DNA of 64,000 nucleotides from Yoonia sp. (GTDB lineage Bacteria; Pseudomonadota; Alphaproteobacteria; Rhodobacterales; Rhodobacteraceae): NCBI GenBank assembly GCA_029250945.1, contig JAQXEG010000011.1, positions 38,727 to 102,726 of the forward strand, read 5' to 3'. Shown piece by piece: positions 18,519 to 30,673 of this stretch (position 1 is its first letter; each line of letters starts with the position of its first letter). The notes under the pieces were generated by a model. It saw only the letters and a program-made list of their open reading frames with translations, ran no database searches and was not told where the DNA came from. The position numbers and the translations under genes were made by a program.

Positions 18519-19940
18519 TCAACCGGCGGCGCCACCGATTGTCAGCCCACCGATTTTCAGGCTGGGTTGGCCCACGCCGACCGGCACCCATTGCCCTGAT
18601 TTGCCACAGTTCCCGATGCCGGGGTCAAGCTCTAGGTCGTTGCCGATACCTTGGATGTTGGTCAATGATGTGGCCCCGTCGCCGATCAGCGTCGCCCCTT
18701 TGACTGGTGCGCCGACCTTGCCGTTTTTGACGCGGTAGGCCTCTGTGCAGGAAAACACGAATTTACCGTTTGTGATGTCGACCTGGCCGCCACCAAATCC
18801 CACCGCGTAGATCCCGTCCTTAAGGTCCGCGACTAGCGATGCGGGGTCTGCGTCGCCTGCCAGCATATAGGTGTTGGTCATGCGCGGCATTGGTGCGTGT
18901 TGATAGCTTTCGCGCCGCCCGTTGCCTGTGGGGTCCACGCCCATTAGACGCGCGTTCTGGCGGTCTTGCATATAGCCGACCAGCACGCCGTCCTCGATCA
19001 ATGTGTTTTTGGCGGATGGCGTGCCTTCGTCGTCCACGGTGATGGACCCGCGCCGGTCAGGGATGGTGCCGTCGTCCAGCACGGTCACGCCTTTGGCGGC
19101 AATCTGTTGGCCCATAAGACCTGCGAATGCGGATGATCCCTTGCGGTTGAAATCGCCCTCTAACCCGTGGCCAATCGCCTCGTGCAGCAGGATGCCGGGC
19201 CAGCCGGGGCCAAGCACGACGTCCATCACGCCCGCTGGTGCCGGTTCGGCGTCAAGGTTGACGGTCGCAATGCGCAGCGCCTCGCGCACGGCAGGTTTCC
19301 AATGATCATGGGAAATAAGCCCGATCACACCAGCCCGCCCACCGGCACCTGACGTGCCGGATTCGCGTTTGCCGTTGTCTTCGATGATGACGGATACGTT
19401 CAGCCGGCTCATGGGGCGCGTGTCGGTCACCAGAACGCCGTCTGGGCGCAGGATCAGCACCTCTTGGTGGGATGCGGCCAGCGTGGCCGAAACCTGCACC
19501 ACACGTTTGTCGAGGTCGCGGGCAAACTGGTCAATTTCGCGCAGGATGTCGATTTTGGCAGGAAACGTCGCCTGCAACATCGGGTCTTCGTCTGAATACA
19601 GTTTTTTATTGGTGCCTATGGGACCTGCGGCCAAGTTGCCGCCGCCATCACCAATGGCCAGCCGCGTGGTCGCCACGGCGCGGCGCAGGGCATGTTCGTC
19701 GATTGTGCTGGAATGGGCGTAGCCCGTCGTCTCTCCGCGCACGGCGCGCAGACCGAACCCTTCGGAAGCATCAAAGCTCGCGGTTTTGACACGGCCATCA
19801 TCAAATGAAAGCACCTCTGATTTGCACCGCTCAAGGAAAAGTTCGCCATCATCGGCCCCAAGGGTCGCGTCCTGCACGATCTTAAGCGTGGTATCATGGT
19901 CGAGATTCGTATCGAATGGGGCAAATAGGTCAGCTGACAT
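18519..19940 (-). CDS. tldD: metalloprotease TldD
   Basis: Starts at MSADLFAPFD. Contains the HEAIGHGLEGD zinc motif. TldD/PmbA fold length. Confidence 0.93.
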   Translation of the reverse strand: MSADLFAPFDTNLDHDTTLKIVQDATLGADDGELFLERCKSEVLSFDDGRVKTASFDASEGFGLRAVRGETTGYAHSSTIDEHALRRAVATTRLAIGDGGGNLAAGPIGTNKKLYSDEDPMLQATFPAKIDILREIDQFARDLDKRVVQVSATLAASHQEVLILRPDGVLVTDTRPMSRLNVSVIIEDNGKRESGTSGAGGRAGVIGLISHDHWKPAVREALRIATVNLDAEPAPAGVMDVVLGPGWPGILLHEAIGHGLEGDFNRKGSSAFAGLMGQQIAAKGVTVLDDGTIPDRRGSITVDDEGTPSAKNTLIEDGVLVGYMQDRQNARLMGVDPTGNGRRESYQHAPMPRMTNTYMLAGDADPASLVADLKDGIYAVGFGGGQVDITNGKFVFSCTEAYRVKNGKVGAPVKGATLIGDGATSLTNIQGIGNDLELDPGIGNCGKSGQWVPVGVGQPSLKIGGLTIGGAAG

Positions 19941-20120
19941 AAGGTTTCCCTGCAAAAGAATGATTTTTTCGGCTTCGCGGCTGTTTGCCGCAACACCGGT
20001 TCTTGAGTTGTTCATCAAGATATGGGACTAGAGCCACTAGATACAACGGGATTCCGTCTGACGACTGGACGAAACCCCTTACACGACGCGGCCCGCGGGC
20101 CATGATAGACAGGTTTTGAT

Positions 20121-20951
20121 ATGCGTTTGAACACCATTGCGACTTCTCTTTGGGCCTCGGCTGGTCTGATCCTTGCGGGCGCATCCGCGTCTGCCCAAGA
20201 CGTCAACCAAGAGCTAGAGATCATCGGCGCACCGACATTGGGTGAAATCGGGTTTCAGCCTGCTGCAACCGAATTGGCCCGCGATGTGCAGTGGCTTGAC
20301 GGTATGCTGCTGGTGCTGATCACCGCGATTACACTGTTCGTGACGGCCCTGATGATTTGGGTTTTTGTGCGCTACAACGCCAAGGCAAACCCGACACCAC
20401 AGACATTCACACACCACTCCCTGTTGGAAGTGGCCTGGACGATCATTCCGATCGTCATTCTGGTCGTCATTGGTGCGTTCTCCTTGCCCGTTTTGTTCAA
20501 ACAGCAGGAAATTCCGCAGGGTGACATCACGATTAAGGTCACGGGCTACCAGTGGTACTGGGGCTATGAATATGTTGACGATGGCGTGGCATTCGACAGC
20601 TTCATGCTGGCCCGCGACGAGCTGGAAGAATTTGGTTATTCGCAAAACGAATACCGCCTTGCGACAGACACCGCTGTTGTCGTGCCAGTTGGCGCAACAA
20701 TCGTTATGCAGTTGACTGGCGCCGACGTGATCCACTCTTGGACGATCCCGGCCTTCGGTGTGAAGCAGGATGCAGTGCCCGGTCGTCTGGCACAACTTTG
20801 GTTCGCAGCCGAGAAAGAAGGCATCTTCTTTGGTCAGTGTTCCGAACTTTGCGGCAAGGACCACGCCTATATGCCGATCACTGTTAAGGTCGTCAGCCAA
20901 GAAACGTACGATGCGTGGCTGACCGAAGCCAAAGAAATCAACGGCGTCTAA
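20121..20951 (+). CDS. coxB: cytochrome c oxidase subunit II
   Basis: 276 aa. Signal peptide, 2 TM helices and CuA site ([18 protein letters not shown]...[13 protein letters not shown]). Confidence 0.97.
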   Translation: MRLNTIATSLWASAGLILAGASASAQDVNQELEIIGAPTLGEIGFQPAATELARDVQWLDGMLLVLITAITLFVTALMIWVFVRYNAKANPTPQTFTHHSLLEVAWTIIPIVILVVIGAFSLPVLFKQQEIPQGDITIKVTGYQWYWGYEYVDDGVAFDSFMLARDELEEFGYSQNEYRLATDTAVVVPVGATIVMQLTGADVIHSWTIPAFGVKQDAVPGRLAQLWFAAEKEGIFFGQCSELCGKDHAYMPITVKVVSQETYDAWLTEAKEINGV

Positions 20952-20961
20952 ACTAACATCT

Positions 20962-20989
20962 GTCACAACGGGCCAAGGCCTGTTGTGAC
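20962..20989 (+). terminator. hairpin GTCACAAC..GTTGTGAC after coxB
   Basis: Near-perfect inverted repeat 10 nt after the coxB stop. There is no clear T-run, so terminator function is uncertain. Confidence 0.35.
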
Positions 20990-20995
20990 TTACGG

Positions 20996-21021
20996 CTGCG
21001 TAGGATGGGTTTTAACCCATC
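20996..21021 (+). repeat. REP-type element copy a (CTGCGTAGGATGGGTTTTAACCCATC)
   Basis: GTAG head followed by an 8-bp-arm hairpin GATGGGTT/AACCCATC. Intergenic between coxB and ctaB. Confidence 0.8.
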
Positions 21022-21044
21022 TTTCTCCTTTTTTGGGACCGAAG

Positions 21045-21968
21045 ATGACTGACATGAGCGTGCAAGACCAACCATATGAAGCCGGCATGGGCGACTATTT
21101 CGCCCTGATGAAACCCCGCGTAATGTCGCTTGTGATTTTCACAGCGCTCGTCGGGTTGCTGGTCGCCCCGACGCCTGGACATCCGTTCATCGGCTTTCTG
21201 GCCATTTTGTGCATCGCTGTAGGGGCAGGGGCCTCTGGCGCGCTGAACATGTGGTGGGACGCGGATATCGACGCGAAAATGCGCCGCACTGCCAAACGTC
21301 CAATTCCGTCGGGCCGCGTGCAACCCGGTGAGGCGCTGGGCATCGGGCTCGCGCTTTCTGGCTTCTCTATCGTCCTGCTGTGGCTGGCAACCAATGCGCT
21401 GTCTGCTGGTTTGCTTGCCTTCACCATTTTCTTTTACGCGGTGATCTATTCGATGTGGCTCAAACGGGCGACACCACAGAACATCGTGATCGGTGGTGCC
21501 GCAGGTGCATTCCCCCCAATGATCGGCTGGGCTGTTGCAACGGGCAGCGTGTCTATTGAATCTGTGTTGATGTTTGCGTTGATCTTCATGTGGACACCGC
21601 CGCATTTCTGGGCGCTCGCGCTTTTCGTGAAAACGGATTACGGCGACGCGGATGTGCCTATGCTGACCGAAACACACGGCCGCGATAGCACGCGCCGTCA
21701 TGTGATCGCCTACGCGGTCCTGCTCGCGCCTGTGGCGCTTGGCATCGGGTTCACGTCTATCGGTGGTTACGTCTATCTTGGCGTTGCGGCTGTGATGAAC
21801 GCTTGGTTCCTCAAGGGCTGTTATGGCATCTGGCGCCGCGATGATGCGGCGGCTGAGGCTGACAACTATCTCGTCGAACGCAAGGTGTTCAAAGTTTCGC
21901 TATACTACCTATTCCTGCATTTTGGCGCCTTGCTGGTCGAAGCCGCACTGCGCACAACCGGAGTGTAA
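21045..21968 (+). CDS. ctaB: heme o synthase (protoheme IX farnesyltransferase)
   Basis: Starts at MTDMSVQDQ.... UbiA-type motifs (MWWDADIDAKMRRTAKRPIPSG). The upstream part of ORF 20985.. is translated REP sequence. Confidence 0.93.
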   Translation: MTDMSVQDQPYEAGMGDYFALMKPRVMSLVIFTALVGLLVAPTPGHPFIGFLAILCIAVGAGASGALNMWWDADIDAKMRRTAKRPIPSGRVQPGEALGIGLALSGFSIVLLWLATNALSAGLLAFTIFFYAVIYSMWLKRATPQNIVIGGAAGAFPPMIGWAVATGSVSIESVLMFALIFMWTPPHFWALALFVKTDYGDADVPMLTETHGRDSTRRHVIAYAVLLAPVALGIGFTSIGGYVYLGVAAVMNAWFLKGCYGIWRRDDAAAEADNYLVERKVFKVSLYYLFLHFGALLVEAALRTTGV

Positions 21969-21971
21969 TCC

Positions 21972-22175
21972 ATGGCAATTAAGGTAGAACACGAAGTCCA
22001 CGAACGCCGTAAAGGCCGCAACTTTGGTGTCGGCGCGTTGTTGATCGGCTTTATCGGGCTGGTCTTTGCTCTGACGGTCGTCAAGGTTTTGCAATTGGGC
22101 GATGCGCGACAATTCGAAAACTTTGATCATGTGGCTCGTCCTGCGATTATCCCGCAGGAAGGAGATACCGAATGA
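21972..22175 (+). CDS. small single-TM protein of the cox cluster
   Basis: 67 aa with one hydrophobic helix. Sits between ctaB and ctaG, with its stop overlapping the ctaG start. Confidence 0.6.
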   Translation: MAIKVEHEVHERRKGRNFGVGALLIGFIGLVFALTVVKVLQLGDARQFENFDHVARPAIIPQEGDTE

Positions 22176-22789
22176 AGATTTTCCCAAACTTACAAGGCCC
22201 GCAGCGCACATTGGCGCAAACGGTCAGTGTTGTGATTGTGATGGGCGCGCTCGCTTGGGCGTCGGTGCCATTCTATGATTGGTTTTGCCGCGTGACCGGT
22301 TTTGGCGGCGCAACAAACGTGGCCGAATCCGGGTCCGATGTGATTTTGGACGAAACGATCATCGTCCGTTTTGACGCCTCGCTTGATCGCGACATGCCGT
22401 GGACGTTCAAACCGGCCCAACGCGAAATGGAACTGCGGATCGGAGAGACGGGTCTGGCTTTCTACGAGGCTCACAACCCAGCCGATGTGCCCGTCGCCGG
22501 TTCTGCCGCCTATAATGTGACCCCTTATGAGGCTGGTGCATTCTTTGATAAAATCGCGTGTTTCTGCTTTGAAGAGCAGATTTTGCAACCGGGCGAAACG
22601 GTGATGATGCCCGTGTCCTTCTTTGTTGATCCGGCGATCGTCGACGACCGCGAAGGGCAATACGTCCACACAATCACACTTGGTTATACATTCTATGAGA
22701 TTGATCTGCCCGAAGAGGAAATGCAGGCCGCTTTGGATGTGCCAGAGACTTTGACAACGGCGTCCGAAATCGCCATAGACACAAATTAA
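22172..22789 (+). CDS. ctaG: cytochrome c oxidase assembly protein CtaG/Cox11
   Basis: 205 aa. Cox11 motif CFCFEEQ. Confidence 0.93.
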   Translation: MKIFPNLQGPQRTLAQTVSVVIVMGALAWASVPFYDWFCRVTGFGGATNVAESGSDVILDETIIVRFDASLDRDMPWTFKPAQREMELRIGETGLAFYEAHNPADVPVAGSAAYNVTPYEAGAFFDKIACFCFEEQILQPGETVMMPVSFFVDPAIVDDREGQYVHTITLGYTFYEIDLPEEEMQAALDVPETLTTASEIAIDTN

Positions 22790-22817
22790 GACGACAAGCC
22801 CAAAGGGAAGACACGCC

Positions 22818-23624
22818 ATGGCGCATGAGAAAAATCACGACTATCACATTTTGCCGCCTTCTATCTGGCCGCTGATCGCGTCCCTTGGCGCGTTTATCAT
22901 GCTGTTTGGCTCCGTTATCTGGATGCACGGGTCCGGCCCGTATATGTTCCTGATCGGTCTCGCGGCTGTTCTCTACGTCATGTACGCATGGTGGGCCGAG
23001 GTTGTGGCCGAAAGCCACGTTGGCGACCACACACCGGTTGTACGCATCGGCCTGCGCTATGGCTTCATCATGTTCATCATGTCTGAGGTTATGTTCTTTG
23101 CAGCATGGTTCTGGTCGTTCTTTAAGCATGCGATGTACCCGATGAACCCTGACGGGACCTCCCCGATGGTTGATGGCGTTTGGCCTCCTGCGGGAATCGA
23201 AACATTTGACCCATGGCACCTGCCGCTGATCAACACGCTGATCCTGCTGTGTTCGGGTATGGCCGCGACATGGGCGCACCACGCGCTGGTTCACGAAAAC
23301 AACCGTCAGGACATGAAGTGGGGTCTGATCCTTGCCGTGGCACTGGGCGCATTGTTCACCGTGTTCCAGGTTTATGAATACTCACATGCGGCGTTTGGCT
23401 TCTCCGGCAACATCTATGGCGCGAACTTCTTTATGGCGACAGGCTTTCACGGTTTCCACGTCTTTATCGGCACAATCTTTTTGCTGGTGTGCTTGGTGCG
23501 TTTGAACCGCGGTCACTTTACCCCAGAAAAGCACGTCGGCTTTGAAGCCGCAGCTTGGTACTGGCACTTTGTGGATGTGGTTTGGTTGTTCTTGTTCGCA
23601 GCTGTCTACATCTGGGGCGGCTGA
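22818..23624 (+). CDS. ctaE: cytochrome c oxidase subunit III
   Basis: 268 aa, 7-TM subunit III sequence ([12 protein letters not shown]). Confidence 0.96.
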   Translation: MAHEKNHDYHILPPSIWPLIASLGAFIMLFGSVIWMHGSGPYMFLIGLAAVLYVMYAWWAEVVAESHVGDHTPVVRIGLRYGFIMFIMSEVMFFAAWFWSFFKHAMYPMNPDGTSPMVDGVWPPAGIETFDPWHLPLINTLILLCSGMAATWAHHALVHENNRQDMKWGLILAVALGALFTVFQVYEYSHAAFGFSGNIYGANFFMATGFHGFHVFIGTIFLLVCLVRLNRGHFTPEKHVGFEAAAWYWHFVDVVWLFLFAAVYIWGG

Positions 23625-23633
23625 TAACCGACA

Positions 23634-23676
23634 GATGCGTTGAAACGCATCCTACGCAGGATGGGATTTGACCCAC
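23634..23676. repeat. REP doublet (REPIN-like): two units head-to-head
   Basis: GATGCGTTGAAACGCATC-CTAC|GCAG-GATGGGATTTGACCCAC. The left unit is in minus orientation with the GCG stem variant. The right unit is a degenerate plus-orientation copy. Confidence 0.7.
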
Positions 23677-23748
23677 TGCTTGACAAACACAAGGCGCGCG
23701 TGGATTTCTGCGGGCGCCTTTTTCCATAAAACGGCTCTTTGAATTCTC

Positions 23749-24423
23749 GTGCGTAAACTCATCTTTCCTATCGTTCTTGGCCTAAGCGGGGTCATCGTTC
23801 TGACGTGGTTGGGGCTATGGCAGCTGGACCGCTTAGCGTGGAAAGAAGGCGTGCTTGCCGATATCAATTCCCGCATCAGCGCCTCTGCCGTCCCGATTCC
23901 AGATACGCCGACCGAAGCAGCAGATGAATATCGCGCCGTCCTGCTAAGCGGCACGCCCGGTCAGGATGAATTGCACGTGCTTGTTTCCGGCACCGCGGCG
24001 GGGACAGGATACCGTGTCATTCGTGCGTTCGACACTGGCACGCGCCGGATTTTGATCGACCTTGGGTTGCTTCCGTTGGACGCGAAATCGCAAACTGCGA
24101 CGCTTGGTCCAACCGATGTGATCGGCAATTTGATTTGGCCGGACGACGTCAATTCATCCACACCTGATCCTGATCTGCCCAAGAACATTTGGTTCGGGCG
24201 TGATCTGTCGGCCATGTCGGCAGCTTTGGGGACAGAGCCACTGATGGTGGTTGCGGCACAAATGTCCGCGGCCGATCCCCGCACAACGCTTTTGCCGGTC
24301 GACACCAGCACGATCAAGAACGATCATCTCAGCTATGCGGTGACCTGGTTCGGGCTGGCGCTGGTCTGGGCGGCCATGACATTTTTTCTGATCTCCCGCA
24401 TTTTGCGGAGCAAGGACACTTAG
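23749..24423 (+). CDS. SURF1 family cytochrome oxidase biogenesis protein
   Basis: 224 aa. N- and C-terminal TM helices, WQLDRLAWKE motif. Ends with an authentic TAG. Confidence 0.88.
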   Translation: MRKLIFPIVLGLSGVIVLTWLGLWQLDRLAWKEGVLADINSRISASAVPIPDTPTEAADEYRAVLLSGTPGQDELHVLVSGTAAGTGYRVIRAFDTGTRRILIDLGLLPLDAKSQTATLGPTDVIGNLIWPDDVNSSTPDPDLPKNIWFGRDLSAMSAALGTEPLMVVAAQMSAADPRTTLLPVDTSTIKNDHLSYAVTWFGLALVWAAMTFFLISRILRSKDT

Positions 24424-24426
24424 ACG

Positions 24427-25812
24427 ATGCGTTATATCTCGACCCGCGGCCAAGCGCCTGCACTAACATTTGAACAGGCGATGATGACCGGCCTCGCGAC
24501 CGACGGCGGGCTCTATGTGCCAGAAACCGTGCCGACGCTGACGGCCGATCAGATCGCTGAAATGGCCGGTCAAAGTTATGAAGACATAGCCTTCACGGTC
24601 ATGCGCCCGTTCATCGGGGATACGTTCACCGATCAGGAATTCCGCGACATGATTGCGCGTGCTTATGCGGGCTTTGGCCATGTCGCGCGCGCACCCTTGG
24701 TCCAAATCGCGCCAAATCATTTTCTGCTAGAACTTTTTCACGGCCCGACGCTTGCGTTCAAAGATTTTGCCATGCAGCTGATCGGGCAGATGTTTCAGGC
24801 ATCGCTCACCCGTTCGGGGAACCGCATCACCATCGTGGGGGCCACATCCGGTGATACCGGCTCTGCTGCGATTGAGGCCTTTCGCGGGCTCGACAATGTC
24901 GATGTCTTTATCCTGTTCCCCCATGGTCGGGTGTCCGAGGTCCAGCGCCGTCAGATGACAACGCCGATTGAAGCCAACGTGCATGCGCTGGCGATGGACG
25001 GCGATTTTGATGACTGTCAGGCGATGCTTAAGGATATGTTCAACAACACCGATTTTCGCGAAGGTGTGCGGCTGGCAGGTGTGAACAGCATCAATTGGGG
25101 CCGCGTTCTGGCGCAGGTCGTCTATTATTTCAGCAGCGCGGTCAGCCTTGGTGCGCCGCATCGCGAGGTGTCGTTCACCGTGCCGACGGGTAATTTTGGT
25201 GACATCTTCGCCGGTTACATCGCCAAGCAAATGGGTCTGCCGATCAAGGATTTGGTTGTCGCAACGAACCAGAATGACATCCTGCACCGCACCTTGGAAA
25301 CCGGCGCCTACACCAAAGAGGGTGTGACCCCATCCATCAGCCCGTCGATGGATATTCAGGTATCGTCCAATTTTGAACGGGCCTTGTTCGATGCCTATGG
25401 GCGTGATGGCGAAACGGTTGCCGCCCAGATGGACGATTTGAAATCGGGTGGGTTCAAAATTTCTCAAGGGGCCTATCAGTATCTGCGCGATACGTTCCTG
25501 TCAGGCCGCGCGTCAGAGGATGAGACATCCGCCGCGATCACCCGCTATTTGGCGGAACATGGTGAACTGCTTTGCCCGCATTCCGCCGTGGGTGTGGATG
25601 TGGCCGAGGATCATTTGGGCGATACGCCGATGATCACTTTGGCTACCGCGCACCCGGCCAAATTCCCCGACGCGGTGAACGCTGCCACGAGCATATCACC
25701 GCCCCTGCCTGCGCGCATGGCCGACCTATATGATCGGGATGAACGGGTGACACGTGTGGTCCGCGACTTTGACGCGGTGTCGACATTGATCAAAGATCGG
25801 ATCGCCCAGTGA
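24427..25812 (+). CDS. thrC: threonine synthase
   Basis: 461 aa. PLP lysine motif FHGPTLAFKDFA. Confidence 0.96.
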   Translation: MRYISTRGQAPALTFEQAMMTGLATDGGLYVPETVPTLTADQIAEMAGQSYEDIAFTVMRPFIGDTFTDQEFRDMIARAYAGFGHVARAPLVQIAPNHFLLELFHGPTLAFKDFAMQLIGQMFQASLTRSGNRITIVGATSGDTGSAAIEAFRGLDNVDVFILFPHGRVSEVQRRQMTTPIEANVHALAMDGDFDDCQAMLKDMFNNTDFREGVRLAGVNSINWGRVLAQVVYYFSSAVSLGAPHREVSFTVPTGNFGDIFAGYIAKQMGLPIKDLVVATNQNDILHRTLETGAYTKEGVTPSISPSMDIQVSSNFERALFDAYGRDGETVAAQMDDLKSGGFKISQGAYQYLRDTFLSGRASEDETSAAITRYLAEHGELLCPHSAVGVDVAEDHLGDTPMITLATAHPAKFPDAVNAATSISPPLPARMADLYDRDERVTRVVRDFDAVSTLIKDRIAQ

Positions 25813-27077
25813 CCATTCAGACCCACACGCTGTCCAACGGTTTCCAGATCGTGACCGAACATATGCCCGGCCTGAAATCGGCCAGCGTGGGCATTTGGGT
25901 CGACGTTGGTGGGCGGCATGAACGCCTGTCACAAAACGGCATCGCGCATTTCCTTGAACATATGGCTTTCAAGGGCACGCCGACGCGCACCGCGCTTCAG
26001 ATTGCTGAGGCGATCGAGGATGTTGGCGGCTTTATCAATGCCTATACGTCCCGCGAAAACACTGCCTACTACGCACGCGTGCTTGAGGATGACGTGCCGC
26101 TCGCGACCGAGGTGATCGCCGACATCCTGATGAACCCTGTGTTTGATCAGGCCGACGTTGATATTGAACGCGGTGTGATCTTGCAAGAAATCGGCATGAC
26201 CAACGACACACCGGACGACATTGTTTTCGATTGGCTGCAAGAGGTCGCCTATCCCGATCAGGCGTTGGGCCGCACGATCCTTGGCCCATCTGAAAAGGTG
26301 TCCGGCTTTCAACCTGATGATTTGCGCGGCTTTGTGGCGGAACACTATGGCCCCGGTCAAATGGTGCTGGCTGCCGCAGGTGCGGTGGATCACGATGCGA
26401 TTTGCCGCCAGGCCGAGGCGTTGTTTGGCGGCATGTCGCCAATCGTTCGTCCCGATAGTCTGATTGAACCGGCGGCGTTCAAGGGCGGTGAATTCCGCCG
26501 TGATAAGGACCTTGAACAGGTGCATTTCGCCCTCGCGTTTGAGGGGCCGAACTACCGCGATCCGGAAATTTATACCGCACAAATCTATGCGTCGGTGATG
26601 GGCGGCGGTGTGTCGTCGCGTCTGTTTCAAGAGGTCCGCGAGAAACGCGGCCTGTGCTATTCCATTTTCGCCCAAGCGGGTGCCTATGAGGATACGGGTC
26701 TGACGACATTCTACGCTGGCACCAGCGCCGAAGAAATCGCGCAGCTTGCCACCGTCACCATCGACGAGATGAAGCGCGCCGCTGACGATATGTCAGATGT
26801 TGAGGTCGCCCGCGCCCGCGCCCAGATGAAGGCAGGATTGCTGATGGGGCTCGAATCCCCGTCCAACCGCGCCGAACGGCTGGCCCGTCTGTGGTCCATG
26901 TGGGGGCGTATCCCGCCACTTGAAGAAACGATTGCCAACGTCGAGGCGGTTGATACCGCGCGGGTCCGCGCATTTGCGAGCAAGATGGCAGGGCAGGCGG
27001 GATCTGCGCTTGCGCTGTATGGTCCGGCGGATGCGGCACCGTCACTTGATGACCTTCGGGCGCGTTTGGTGGCCTGA
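25809..27077 (+). CDS. M16 family zinc peptidase
   Basis: 422 aa. Inverted zinc motif HFLEHMAFKG. Confidence 0.92.
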   Translation: MTIQTHTLSNGFQIVTEHMPGLKSASVGIWVDVGGRHERLSQNGIAHFLEHMAFKGTPTRTALQIAEAIEDVGGFINAYTSRENTAYYARVLEDDVPLATEVIADILMNPVFDQADVDIERGVILQEIGMTNDTPDDIVFDWLQEVAYPDQALGRTILGPSEKVSGFQPDDLRGFVAEHYGPGQMVLAAAGAVDHDAICRQAEALFGGMSPIVRPDSLIEPAAFKGGEFRRDKDLEQVHFALAFEGPNYRDPEIYTAQIYASVMGGGVSSRLFQEVREKRGLCYSIFAQAGAYEDTGLTTFYAGTSAEEIAQLATVTIDEMKRAADDMSDVEVARARAQMKAGLLMGLESPSNRAERLARLWSMWGRIPPLEETIANVEAVDTARVRAFASKMAGQAGSALALYGPADAAPSLDDLRARLVA

Positions 27078-27661
27078 TGTTTGGGGCGCGTAAAAAGGTT
27101 CAGCTGGAGACAGAGCGCATGACATTGCGCCCGCCCGCCCATGCGGATTTTCGGGCGTGGGCCGCATTGCGTCAGGACAGCCGTGATTTTCTGACCCAGT
27201 GGGAACCCACATGGGCCCGCGAACATCTGACGCGCAAGGCGTTCACCAATCGGGTCTATTGGGCGCAACGATCTATCGCGAACCAAACTGCCGTGCCGCT
27301 GTTTTTGGTTCGCAGGTCCGACGACATGCTCTTGGGCGCGATCACCTTGGACAACATTCGCCGTGGTCCGGCCCAAGCGGGCACAACGGGCTATTGGATC
27401 GGTCAGCCATTCGCCCGCCAAGGGTTCATGAAAGAAGCGATTGATGCCGTTGTGCATTACGCGTTTCGCACCTTAGACCTGAGCCGGATCGAAGCAGGGT
27501 GTCTTCCTGAAAACACGCCGTCACGCCGCCTGCTCGAACAATGTGGCTATAAATACGAAGGCGTCGCGCAGTCCTATCTGCAGATCGACGGACGCTGGCG
27601 CAATCACGTGCTTTACGCCAATTTGCGCGCTGACCGCCGTGGCCGCACCGACGTCGGCTAG
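27077..27661 (+). CDS. GNAT family N-acetyltransferase (RimJ/RimL-like)
   Basis: 194 aa with an acetyl-CoA binding-type core (WIGQPFARQGFMKEAI). Confidence 0.85.
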   Translation: MFGARKKVQLETERMTLRPPAHADFRAWAALRQDSRDFLTQWEPTWAREHLTRKAFTNRVYWAQRSIANQTAVPLFLVRRSDDMLLGAITLDNIRRGPAQAGTTGYWIGQPFARQGFMKEAIDAVVHYAFRTLDLSRIEAGCLPENTPSRRLLEQCGYKYEGVAQSYLQIDGRWRNHVLYANLRADRRGRTDVG

Positions 27662-27687
27662 CGGTCAAAAAATCCCCCCGAATCCCG

Positions 27688-27720
27688 TTGACACCTATCG
27701 GCCTGATACATAAGGTCCGT
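27688..27720 (+). promoter_or_regulatory. putative sigma70-type groESL promoter (TTGACA -35)
   Basis: TTGACA at 27688-27693, followed about 16-17 nt later by an A/T-rich hexamer (ACATAAGG region). Located just upstream of CIRCE. Confidence 0.4.
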
Positions 27721-27723
27721 GCG

Positions 27724-27750
27724 TTGTCACTCGACAGCCTCGAGTGCTAA
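27724..27750 (+). promoter_or_regulatory. CIRCE operator (HrcA binding site)
   Basis: TTGTCACTC-N9-GAGTGCTAA compared with the consensus TTAGCACTC-N9-GAGTGCTAA. Lies 35 nt upstream of groES. Confidence 0.85.
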
Positions 27751-27784
27751 CACGAGATAAACACCAACTGGAGACGTTCCAAAG

Positions 27785-28069
27785 ATGGCATTTCAACCAC
27801 TTCACGACCGCGTTCTCGTCCGTCGCATCGAAAGCGATGACGTAACTAAGGGCGGCCTGATCATTCCAGACGCCGCAAAAGAAAAGCCTGCCGAGGGCGA
27901 AATCGTATCCTGCGGCGCGGGCGCACGCAAAGACAGCGGCGAGTTGATCGCAATGGATGTCAAAGCTGGCGACAAGGTTCTGTTCGGTAAATGGTCCGGC
28001 ACAGAAGTTAAGATCGACGGCGAAGACCTGCTGATCATGAAAGAAAGCGACATTCTGGGCATCCTCTAA
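27785..28069 (+). CDS. groES: co-chaperonin GroES
   Basis: 94 aa, canonical sequence. Confidence 0.98.
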   Translation: MAFQPLHDRVLVRRIESDDVTKGGLIIPDAAKEKPAEGEIVSCGAGARKDSGELIAMDVKAGDKVLFGKWSGTEVKIDGEDLLIMKESDILGIL

Positions 28070-28095
28070 GCGGACCCAAGACTGATCCTATCTGA

Positions 28096-29760
<1,665 letters not shown>

Positions 29761-29786
29761 GCCAGTCCAACTGGACCATAATTTTA

Positions 29787-29820
29787 GGGCGGCTCCTTCG
29801 CGGGGGCCGCCCTTTTTCTT
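29787..29820 (+). terminator. rho-independent terminator of groESL
   Basis: GGGCGGCTCC-TTCG-CGGGGGCCGCCC stem-loop followed by TTTTTC. Confidence 0.8.
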
Positions 29821-29824
29821 TGGC

Positions 29825-29866
29825 TTCGCTTTTTCCAAAATACTTCTTGGTCTGGGGCAGCGCCCC
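29825..29866 (-). repeat. family-2 repeat copy i (GGGGCGCTGCCCC...GTATTTTGG), short form
   Basis: The reverse complement reads GGGGCGCTGCCCCAGACCAAGAAGTATTTTGGAAAAAGCGAAG. It shares both end motifs with copies ii and iii. Confidence 0.6.
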
Positions 29867-29869
29867 GGC

Positions 29870-29897
29870 GGATCACCGTGTGCCAGCACGGTGATCC
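29870..29897 (-). terminator. perfect 11-bp hairpin GGATCACCGTG/CACGGTGATCC just after the AOX stop
   Basis: Inverted repeat with a 6-nt loop, 6 nt downstream (minus strand) of the TAA at 29904. Confidence 0.5.
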
Positions 29898-29903
29898 CAT
29901 CAC

Positions 29904-30551
29904 TTAGTGAATACCTTCTGCAATTTGATTGGCAAAATCGTGGTTCTTGTCACGGTGCTCTGCCTCGTCGGCGCGAATGACAATCACAACCTCGCGCAGA
30001 CGCGCATCATCCGGCAATTCCCAATAGTCTTTGGCAATCTGCGGCGCTGGCACATTCTCGACGATACCCGCATCAATCTGCTCCAAAAACTGGGTGTAGC
30101 TTGTGACAGCCTCTTCTTCGAGGTAGCCGACAATCCGGTGCGCAACCCGCGGCGCCAACAGATACAAGAAGAAATAGCAGTTGTAGAAAATCAGCTACGT
30201 CGCCGCGATCAGGAACCGCTCAAACTTTGATGGCTGCGCGATCTGAATGAATGTTATCAAATGCATCCGCTCGTTATCGGCTTCTTCGATCAACTCCTTG
30301 ATCCAGCCTTGGTCGTCACGAATGTGGCGCAGGGCCTTCAGGTGCTGCAACAATTCACCCACCATACCGGGTACGGCAGCCACGGTCTCAAGCACCACGG
30401 CCCGGTGGCTATAGCGGCCCGCAAAGAACTTATCGGCGAAAATACGCTTGAATTTCACGATGCGCAGCGCAAGCCGATCACGCCAATCTTGTGACGTATG
30501 GTGAACAACGGGCGCTATCCCGACAACGGCTAAAACGGCGGTGGATTTCAT
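29904..30551 (-). pseudogene. aox: alternative oxidase (AOX) with a single in-frame TAG at 30195-30197
   Basis: ORFs 30195..30551 and 29904..30167 are in the same frame. All di-iron motifs are present ([30 protein letters not shown]). The TAG aligns to the Gln of the conserved ...A(V/T)Q(G/L)(V/I)F(F/Y)N... segment. Confidence 0.85.
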
Positions 30552-30673
30552 TTAGAACACTCCTTCTTGCGATATCCCATTTATGGGGTCGCTCGGTTTT
30601 ATTTCCGTATGTTGACCCTGCGACAAATCCGCCTGTTTTTGTCATGATTAGCCTTGTTGTTGGGCGGCGTCAT

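Noticed and set aside
20985-21044. N-terminal extension of ctaB (MTYGCVGWVLTHLSPFLGPK...), and similar tails RRMGFNPS in ORFs 30491..30700 and 35768..35968
   Set aside because: These residues are simply the REP element translated. The conserved protein starts at the Met at 21045, and the other two ORFs have no coding support.
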